DNA of 64,000 nt, from positions 12,574-76,573 of the forward strand of contig JBDKJD010000002.1 of NCBI GenBank assembly GCA_039796775.1, in the 5' to 3' direction. Positions within the stretch are counted from its first letter, which is position 1, and each line of letters opens with the position of its first letter. Under the pieces are notes generated by a model. The model had not been told where the DNA came from and did no database searches. It was given only the letters and a program-made list of their open reading frames with translations. Below are positions 57,643 to 64,000 of this stretch, piece by piece. A program made the position numbers and the translations under genes. Source of the stretch: Candidatus Parcubacteria bacterium (GTDB taxonomy: Bacteria > Patescibacteriota > Minisyncoccia > Phycocordibacterales > UBA5272).

Positions 57643-57706
57643 CCAGGATTCGAACCCAGAATAACGGTTCCGAAGACCGCTGTGATATCCATTTCACCAC
57701 GGAAGC
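57635..57706 (-). tRNA. tRNA-Arg (anticodon TCG); no encoded CCA
   Basis: GCTTCCGTGGTGAAATGGATATCACAGCGGTCTTCGGAACCGTTATTCTGGGTTCGAATCCTGGCGGGAGCA: anticodon stem GCGGT/ACCGT with loop CTTCGGA. The acceptor and T-stem contain GU pairs. Confidence 0.7.
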
Positions 57707-57737
57707 TATGTAATATAAGGTATACTACCACATAACT

Positions 57738-59252
57738 ATGGAAATTTCATACAAAGAACTAACAAACAAAATTCCCAAAGAGGTGAGGGGTGTTATCGCC
57801 ATGCTTCAATCAAAAGGACATGAGGCGTATATTGTCGGTGGGTGTGTTCGTGATCTTGTGATGGGGGTAACTCCAAAAGATTATGATGTGACAACAAACG
57901 CCACCCCAGAGGAGATAATATCTTTATTTCCAAAGACTTTTTATGAAAATACCTATGGAACAGTTGGTGTTGTAACGTGCGGAGAGGAGGGGTTGCCGGT
58001 TTGTAGTGATGAAACAGTCAAAATTGTTGAGGTAACCCCATATCGTCTCGAGTCTACCTATTCTGACAACAGGCATCCAGATGAGGTGAGGTGGAGTAAG
58101 AATCTTGCAGATGACCTAAAACGTCGTGATTTCACATGTAACGCGCTTGCATATGATCCAACAAATGGAGAATTGGTGGATATGTATGATGGACTTATTG
58201 CGATTGAACAGAAGAAGATCATCGCTGTGGGGGAGGCGGATGCACGTTTTAAGGAGGACGCGCTACGCTTGATGCGTGCGATACGATTCGTATGTCAGTT
58301 AGATTTTGATCTTGATCCCGTTACACGTGAAAGTATAGAAAGAAATGCCTCTATTCTTGATACCATTTCACGTGAAAGGGTGAGGGATGAGTTTATTAAG
58401 CTCCTTATGACTGATTATCCAATGAAAGGTTTGATTCTTATGAAAGAAACAGATCTTTTGGAACGTTTCATTCCAGAATTATTGCGTGGGGTAGGGGTTA
58501 CACAGAATCAGGCTCATATGTATGATGTTTGGGAACACAATCTCCGTACACTGCAGCATGCGGCAGACAAGAAGTGGCCGTTACACGTGAGACTCTCAGC
58601 GATATTCCACGATATTTCTAAGCCAGAGACTAAACGGTTCTCAAAAGAGAAGAATGTGATTACATTTTATGGACATGATGTAGTCGGCGCACGTGTTACA
58701 CGTGAAATAATGGATAGACTTAAATTCTCAAAGGATTTAATAGAAAAGGTTACCATGTTTGTGCGTTGGCATATGTTCTTCTCAGATACCGAGCAGATAA
58801 CCATCTCTGCTGTCAGAAGGCTTATTACAGCCGTAGGTAAAGAGAACATATGGGATCTTATAGATTTACGTATTTGCGACAGAATAGGCACAGGAAGGCC
58901 AAAAGAAGAGCCTTACAGGCTACGAATGTATCAGTCTATGGTAGAACAGGCACTGCAGGACCCAATAAGCCTTAAGATGCTCAAAACTGACGGGAAACGT
59001 ATCATGGACGTTACACAAGAAACGCCTGGACCTAAGATTGGGTTTGTTTTGCATGCGTTATTTGATGAAGTGCTTGAAAATCCAAGCCTTAACACGGAGG
59101 AATACTTAGATAAGCGCGCAAAAGAACTTATCCTTCTTTCTGTTGATGAACTAAAGGCGCTCGGTATGAAAGGAAGAGAAGAAATGGAAGAGAAGAATAA
59201 AGAGAAAGTGAAGGAAATAAGAAAGCAGTTCAAAGTTAAAACCGGGGAGTAG
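57738..59252 (+). CDS. cca: CCA-adding tRNA nucleotidyltransferase (class II NTase with HD domain)
   Basis: GGCVRDLVMG...DYDVTT NTase motif and FHDISKPET HD motif. Consistent with all four tRNAs lacking encoded CCA. Confidence 0.65.
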   Translation: MEISYKELTNKIPKEVRGVIAMLQSKGHEAYIVGGCVRDLVMGVTPKDYDVTTNATPEEIISLFPKTFYENTYGTVGVVTCGEEGLPVCSDETVKIVEVTPYRLESTYSDNRHPDEVRWSKNLADDLKRRDFTCNALAYDPTNGELVDMYDGLIAIEQKKIIAVGEADARFKEDALRLMRAIRFVCQLDFDLDPVTRESIERNASILDTISRERVRDEFIKLLMTDYPMKGLILMKETDLLERFIPELLRGVGVTQNQAHMYDVWEHNLRTLQHAADKKWPLHVRLSAIFHDISKPETKRFSKEKNVITFYGHDVVGARVTREIMDRLKFSKDLIEKVTMFVRWHMFFSDTEQITISAVRRLITAVGKENIWDLIDLRICDRIGTGRPKEEPYRLRMYQSMVEQALQDPISLKMLKTDGKRIMDVTQETPGPKIGFVLHALFDEVLENPSLNTEEYLDKRAKELILLSVDELKALGMKGREEMEEKNKEKVKEIRKQFKVKTGE

Positions 59253-59345
59253 GGGGTTAAAAGACAGAAAAAGACATTATAAATCAAGAAACACCCTCTT
59301 GTCCTTTATAAAGGACAAACAAAGATTTGATATACTCCCTGTACT

Positions 59346-61214
59346 ATGGTAGATATTTTTGAGGTAGATGAATTACATCCGATAACGAGAAAAATTCTAA
59401 AGAATAGGGGAATAGAGGGGAAAGAAGAGGTGTATGATTTTCTCTATCCGTCATATGAGAAGCATGTAGGTGACCCGTTTGAGATATATGGAATGGAGAA
59501 CGCAGTCAATCGTATATTGGGCGCCATAAGAAACGGTGAGAAGATTGCTGTGTATAGTGATTATGATTGTGATGGGGTGCCTGGCGGGGTGCTACTGCGA
59601 GAGTTCTTCGACACTATTGGCTACCCAGTAGAGATCTACATTCCACACAGACATAACGAGGGGTATGGTGTACATAATCATGCTATAGATACATTGAAGG
59701 AAAAGGGAATTAGTCTTGTGATTACAGTTGATTCTGGGATAACTAATATTGAAGAGGTTGCATATGCGAAGTCAATCGGCGTGGACTTCATTGTGACGGA
59801 TCATCATTTACCGATAACGAAGGAAAATGTAGAGCGTGGAGTACAGAATATAGATACTACAAATTCAAATACTAAGAAAAATCAGAAGTCGAAAGCTAAC
59901 AATCAAGAGCTAAAAACTAACAGCAAAAAGCTAACAGTTGTACAGGTGGTCCCTGATGCTGTTGCTGTGCTTAATTCAAAACAAGACGCGTGTGAGTATT
60001 GGGATGATATGCTCTGCGGGTGTGCGGTGGCGTGGAAATTATCGTGCGCAATTTTGGAGTCGCTCCGCGACGCCAAAATTGCGCACGATAATTTCCTAGA
60101 CAACAGACTAGAGACAACAGATAGTAAATGGAGTACAGTTCTCGATACGGTTTCACAATTGCCAGAAGGGTATGAGAAGTGGATGCTTGACCTCGTAGGT
60201 ATATCTACGATTGCGGATATGGTGCCACTACGAAAGGAGAATCGTGCACTCGCACACTTTGGTCTCAAGGTTCTCCGGAAGACGAAGCGCCCAGGGCTCA
60301 ATCATATTTTTAATGAACAAAGAGTGAGAAAAGATTTGCTCACTGAGGATGATATCGCTTTTACTATTGCTCCACGTATCAATGCAGCGAGTCGCATGGG
60401 GGATCCTATTCAAGCTCACCTTATGTTGTATAAGAAAGATAAAGAAAGCGGGGAGGGATACGCTCGAGACCTTGAGGATCTCAACAATCAGCGTAAAAGT
60501 GAGGTGAAGGATATAGTGTCCAGTATCTCTTTTGACCATTCTGTGTATTCAGACGATGTTGTAGTCGTGGGGGATATGAGTTGGGGGCCAGGGATATTAG
60601 GACTTATTGCACAAAAGATAATAGATGAAACAGGGAAGCCTGTGTTTGTATATGGCCAAGGCGAAAACAAAGATGAACTTAAAGGATCGTGTAGGTCACT
60701 TGGAGATGTTTCAGTGGTAGACCTGATGGCACACGCTTCACACGAGGTGTTCCTCGGATGGGGTGGACATGAAGGAGCTGGAGGGTTCTCGGTGTCAATT
60801 GAGAATATCGACAAGCTTCGATCTGCGCTTAATGAAGCTATTAAGCATGTAGTAATAAAAGAGATTGACTCACAAGAGGTTGTGGCAGATGAGGAGCTCA
60901 GTATGGACGATGTGCATGACCTGACGTATAAGGCGATTGAGATATTGGCACCCTTTGGAGAGGGGAATCCAAAGCCTGTATTTAGCTTTAGTAATGTTAC
61001 ATCACTTGCGACCAAGAGATTCGGGAAGAAGGGGGAGCATTTAGAGGTGATGTATCAGAATAGTAGAGGAGGGCGCATCAAAGCTATTCAATTTTTTACC
61101 AAAGAAGAGACCGAGAAGAGGGTCGGTAAAGAGCACACTCTTCTCGCTCATCTAGAAAAGAGCTACTTTGGCGGGAAGACTGAGTTCCGGCTTAGGATTG
61201 TGGAGGTGAGGTAG
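59346..61214 (+). CDS. recJ: single-stranded-DNA-specific exonuclease RecJ (DHH/DHHA1), with a low-complexity insert and an in-frame palindrome-encoded segment
   Basis: DYDCDG and VTDHH motifs, and a DHHA1-like C-terminus. An insert NVERGVQNIDTTNSNTKKNQKSKANNQELKTNSKK follows the DHH motif. Confidence 0.8.
   Translation: MVDIFEVDELHPITRKILKNRGIEGKEEVYDFLYPSYEKHVGDPFEIYGMENAVNRILGAIRNGEKIAVYSDYDCDGVPGGVLLREFFDTIGYPVEIYIPHRHNEGYGVHNHAIDTLKEKGISLVITVDSGITNIEEVAYAKSIGVDFIVTDHHLPITKENVERGVQNIDTTNSNTKKNQKSKANNQELKTNSKKLTVVQVVPDAVAVLNSKQDACEYWDDMLCGCAVAWKLSCAILESLRDAKIAHDNFLDNRLETTDSKWSTVLDTVSQLPEGYEKWMLDLVGISTIADMVPLRKENRALAHFGLKVLRKTKRPGLNHIFNEQRVRKDLLTEDDIAFTIAPRINAASRMGDPIQAHLMLYKKDKESGEGYARDLEDLNNQRKSEVKDIVSSISFDHSVYSDDVVVVGDMSWGPGILGLIAQKIIDETGKPVFVYGQGENKDELKGSCRSLGDVSVVDLMAHASHEVFLGWGGHEGAGGFSVSIENIDKLRSALNEAIKHVVIKEIDSQEVVADEELSMDDVHDLTYKAIEILAPFGEGNPKPVFSFSNVTSLATKRFGKKGEHLEVMYQNSRGGRIKAIQFFTKEETEKRVGKEHTLLAHLEKSYFGGKTEFRLRIVEVR
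60040..60090. repeat. 51-bp nested perfect palindrome inside recJ coding sequence (17-bp arms ATCGTGCGCAATTTTGG; central GTCGC-TCC-GCGAC)
   Basis: Read directly. The minus-strand ORF 59903..60301 mirrors the same peptide (SCAIL...KIAHDNF). Confidence 0.8.
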
Positions 61215-61216
61215 AT
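61155..61216. repeat. left copy of a roughly 60-bp imperfect direct repeat (about 88% identity); this copy is the 3-prime coding end of recJ
   Basis: AAAAGAGCTACTTTGGCGGGAAGACTGAGTTCCGGCTTAGGATTGTGGAGGTGAGGTAGA versus the copy at 62808..62867. Confidence 0.75.
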
Positions 61217-62004
61217 CACTTCAAGACAAAATATTTTCTAAACTCCTTTTCGATCTCTTTTGCCTTGACTGAGTTCCTCTCAACGACAATTTTATGTAGT
61301 GACTTTTCGTTATAAAGCTTCTCTAAAGGTTTACGAGCACTTTCCTCAGTATTATTTTTAAAGATACTATTCATAGCATCGAGTGTTTTTTTACCGGTAT
61401 GTACCGTTATAACATAATCTCCGAATACTGAAAGGTTTACACCCCATTTTTTGTCTATGCAGTGAATTTGAATACTCTTCATTTTACTTTTCTTTTTGAG
61501 CGCAAGATCAAGAGGGGACTTTGAGCCAACTAAAAGGTGCACACTACCCTTATTTTTAAAAATAAAATCAATGTACCAGTCAACGATTGGCACTGTGTTT
61601 ACATAGGTGTAGTTATGGACGTCGTAAAAGAGGAAATTTTTAATTGTACCCTGCAAAGAACTAATTATTGAAATAAAAATTTGACCATAGACATTCTCAA
61701 GCTCAGTGAGAGTCTTTATCTTATAGGTTTGTTTTTTTTCTGTGAACGTTTGGAATACGATTTCTTTTTTCGGAAGAGCTTTTGCCAGAAGCTCTATCTC
61801 GTCATGAAGCCAGAGAAGGTGTACTTCAATATGGGTTTTTACCCAGAGGATTTTTCCTTCACTGTGTAGTAGGCGAAGTATTTTGTAAACACCTTGTTTT
61901 GTGTACCCTGCTTTTTTGAAATGCTCTACAATACGTAGGGTGGTGGTCTGGCGAGTCTCTAAAATATACAAAAATATACGAGTCTTGAGATTTGCTGGCT
62001 TCAT
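61216..62004 (-). CDS. hypothetical protein with an N-terminal winged-helix-like segment
   Basis: TLRIVEHFKKAGYTKQGVYKILRLLHSEGKI resembles a wHTH. Lies inside the direct-repeat-bounded insert. Confidence 0.4.
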   Translation of the reverse strand: MKPANLKTRIFLYILETRQTTTLRIVEHFKKAGYTKQGVYKILRLLHSEGKILWVKTHIEVHLLWLHDEIELLAKALPKKEIVFQTFTEKKQTYKIKTLTELENVYGQIFISIISSLQGTIKNFLFYDVHNYTYVNTVPIVDWYIDFIFKNKGSVHLLVGSKSPLDLALKKKSKMKSIQIHCIDKKWGVNLSVFGDYVITVHTGKKTLDAMNSIFKNNTEESARKPLEKLYNEKSLHKIVVERNSVKAKEIEKEFRKYFVLK

Positions 62005-62084
62005 AAAGTAAACGAATCGTTTACTTTATTAAACTATTTTTATAATTATTTGTCAATGTTTGTGCTCATCTGTAGTATCTTGTT

Positions 62085-62801
62085 ATGCAAAATAAATTAC
62101 TACATGATCCGGCGGTAACAGCGACCCTCAACCATAAGTATTTAGGAGTATTTGGTATGGTCTGGGTATCAATGCTGCTTGTAACAATGTTCACGACGCT
62201 TAAAACGTTTGATATCTTTGGCTTTACTTTTATCGCTGCAGCCCTTGGATACCCGATTACATATATTTTTGCAGACATATTTACCGAGGTCTATGGGTAT
62301 AGGGTGTCCAGAAGAGTTATTTGGACTGGATTTTTCTGTATAACTATTGCGACAGCTTTTGCCTATCTCTATACACTTTTGCCGCCTAGTGTATATTTTG
62401 ATGAAGAAAGTAATAAGGCGTTTAATCTTATATTTCAAACCAGCCCCGTCATCGCGCTTGGTACCATTTTGGCATTCTGGTCTGGGGAGTTTACCAATAG
62501 TTTTGTTTTAGCTAAGATGAAACTCATATTCTCTGGCAAGTATGAGTGGGCTCGTTACATCCTTTCCACGTTAGTTGGTCAGAGCTTTGATAACCTTACT
62601 GGATTTACGGTTATTCTTCTCTTAACAGATATATTTTCATTAAAAGAAGCCCTTGTTGCCGGGGTTACTACGGTAATATTTTGTACTTTGTGGGAAGCAC
62701 TTGCTTCACCAGTTACCCATCCACTCATCCGCTTCATTAAACAAAAAGAGGGGATTGATACCTACGACCATGGAACAAAGTTTAACCCGTTTGGGTTTTA
62801 A
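62085..62801 (+). CDS. queuosine-precursor transporter family (YhhQ/DUF165) membrane protein
   Basis: ITYIFADIFTEVYGYRVSRRVIWTGF matches the YhhQ signature. Six TM segments. Confidence 0.65.
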   Translation: MQNKLLHDPAVTATLNHKYLGVFGMVWVSMLLVTMFTTLKTFDIFGFTFIAAALGYPITYIFADIFTEVYGYRVSRRVIWTGFFCITIATAFAYLYTLLPPSVYFDEESNKAFNLIFQTSPVIALGTILAFWSGEFTNSFVLAKMKLIFSGKYEWARYILSTLVGQSFDNLTGFTVILLLTDIFSLKEALVAGVTTVIFCTLWEALASPVTHPLIRFIKQKEGIDTYDHGTKFNPFGF

Positions 62802-62807
62802 TGAAAG

Positions 62808-62867
62808 AAAAGAGTTACTTTGGCGGGAAGACTGAGCTGAGGCTTAGGATAGTTGAGGTGAGGTAGA
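62808..62867. repeat. right copy of the recJ 3-prime-end direct repeat (encodes a pseudo recJ C-terminal peptide ...KSYFGGKTELRLRIVEVR)
   Basis: See the left copy at 61155..61216. Confidence 0.75.
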
Positions 62868-62904
62868 CGAAGAGTTTGCTTCTTTTCCTTAGAAGTGATC
62901 TAAT

Positions 62905-63342
62905 TTGATGATGAGTAGCAATAAAGAGTCTGGTGATGCTGGAGAACTTGAAGTGTGTGAGCTTGTTCCATGTCCAAACTGTGGCAAGAAGTTAATGACA
63001 CTGCCTAAAAATTACCCACTTTATGATGTGCAGTGTTCTGGGTGTAGCTTTCGTGCACAAGTTAAGACAAACAATTCAAAGCCGAAAGCTGAGATCTTTG
63101 GTGCTGGCTGGGACATTATGGAGAAGGTGCTTAAGTCTGGTTTTATTACACCACCTCTCATAACTAATTTTAAATGGGTCGACAAAGAAGGCACACAACA
63201 AGAGATTAGGTTCTACCCATTCATACCAAAAAGTAATTTGAAAATGCGCAAGCTTTCTTCAGAAGCAAGAAGGGCTAACTATAAAATGTTCAACTACACA
63301 GGAATAGATAAACTGCCCTATTTTGTTCTGTTTGTAAAATAG
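62905..63342 (+). CDS. zinc-ribbon (CxxC...CxxC) hypothetical protein
   Basis: CPNCGKK ... CSGCSF motifs. Confidence 0.4.
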   Translation: MMMSSNKESGDAGELEVCELVPCPNCGKKLMTLPKNYPLYDVQCSGCSFRAQVKTNNSKPKAEIFGAGWDIMEKVLKSGFITPPLITNFKWVDKEGTQQEIRFYPFIPKSNLKMRKLSSEARRANYKMFNYTGIDKLPYFVLFVK

Positions 63343-63368
63343 ACCCTCCTAGTTGGTCCGAAAAATAC

Positions 63369-63968
63369 TTAAAGATTCGAAGTGTAAAACTTACGGATAA
63401 GTTTAGAGAGGTCGCCCTTTGTTTTTTCTCCCTGTTCTATCTTTTGTAAAACTTCTTCAGGGTAGAGCCATTCGTAACTACTAAAATCTTCCGGGTTGTA
63501 GTCGGGCACAGTATCAGATGTTATTTCGTAGACTCGCATAAAGGAAGAAACGCCATCTTTGAGAGGGGAGCAGAACCCGAGTTCTTTGTAAGTGACTTTG
63601 GTTATGTCTATATTGAGCTCCTCGCTCATTTCTTTTGCGAATGCATCTAGATAGGTTTCTCCACTTGAAACATGGCCCCCGCAGCTAAAGTCGAGACCGT
63701 TAGGGAAAAGTCTCTTGGTCGGCTGTCTGCGAGGGGTCCAGAGTTTACCTTCGCTATTTTTTATAAAACAATTGATAACACGGTAGTTGTGAAGTCCCTG
63801 AGAATGTACCTCGCTTCGGGGCATGGTTCCGATAACTTCGTCGTTCTCGTTTACTAAGTCTAAAATCTCTTCCGTTGGTTGTGTCATGATAGGGATCAGT
63901 ATATCAAAAGGCTGGCCAGAGAGGTCTGCGCTCTGTTCTATAGAATTGTTGTTGGTAAAAGGATACAA
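63369..63968 (-). CDS. NUDIX hydrolase
   Basis: Nudix box GGHVSSGETYLDAFAKEMSEELNI. Confidence 0.7.
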   Translation of the reverse strand: MYPFTNNNSIEQSADLSGQPFDILIPIMTQPTEEILDLVNENDEVIGTMPRSEVHSQGLHNYRVINCFIKNSEGKLWTPRRQPTKRLFPNGLDFSCGGHVSSGETYLDAFAKEMSEELNIDITKVTYKELGFCSPLKDGVSSFMRVYEITSDTVPDYNPEDFSSYEWLYPEEVLQKIEQGEKTKGDLSKLIRKFYTSNL

Positions 63969-64000
63969 TCCGTAGATGGAAGGAAAGACTCGTGAGAAAG

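Noticed and set aside
59903-60301. Minus-strand 132-aa ORF inside recJ encoding a peptide similar to RecJ residues (SCAIL...KIAHDNF)
   Set aside because: It is a mirror-image artefact of the 51-bp palindrome. recJ on the plus strand is the real gene.

Overview
This is a low-GC bacterial chromosomal window (about 35-40% GC by eye) using the standard genetic code (TGA, TAA and TAG all serve as stops). It contains housekeeping genes and an accessory cluster. At the left edge a dnaA N-terminal fragment sits divergent from rpmH-rnpA-yidC. A roughly 13 kb minus-strand operon (ksgA-lnt through 1676) encodes a type IV secretion/conjugation-like apparatus: a VirB4-like ATPase split into two ORFs, a PrgI/VirB3-like protein, a VirB6/TrbL-like polytopic protein, a membrane-anchored LAS/M15-like peptidoglycan hydrolase, and several secreted or membrane-anchored hypotheticals. 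Other clear calls include uvrD, comM, a LysM-M23 peptidase, rpsO, xerC, hfq, uppS, xthA, an ECF sigma module, pgk, tpiA, a MacAB-like tripartite ABC efflux set, nusA-ppa-tig, doxX, rsmE, clpP, rny, hup, yraN, cca, recJ, a YhhQ-like transporter and a NUDIX hydrolase. There are four tRNA genes (Gly-TCC, Pro-TGG, Gly-GCC, Arg-TCG); none encodes CCA. Features not explained by ordinary annotation: (1) native genes mostly lack Shine-Dalgarno sequences and many are preceded or followed by heptad-periodic TAGNNNN (or CTA on the other strand) tandem repeats; (2) long perfect palindromes (up to a 31-bp stem) lie at gene ends, often flanked by inverted heptad arrays; (3) three of the four tRNAs are followed by an inverted pseudo-copy of their own 3-prime end carrying a 25-30 nt hairpin insertion; (4) at least five GC-richer single-gene cassettes with strong SD and their own terminators are inserted, including a beta/gammaproteobacterial-type hfq, a DndB/DGQHR-like gene interrupted by an in-frame TAG, and a DUF218-like gene inside the T4SS operon; (5) a 900-bp ORF-free region holds two perfect DnaA boxes; (6) recJ carries an in-frame 51-bp nested palindrome, and its 3-prime end is duplicated 1.6 kb downstream around a two-gene insert; (7) trigger factor has a His/Asp-rich segment in place of the PPIase domain. 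Protein calls rest on recognised motifs read from the supplied translations. RNA and repeat coordinates were counted by hand and may be off by a few bases.
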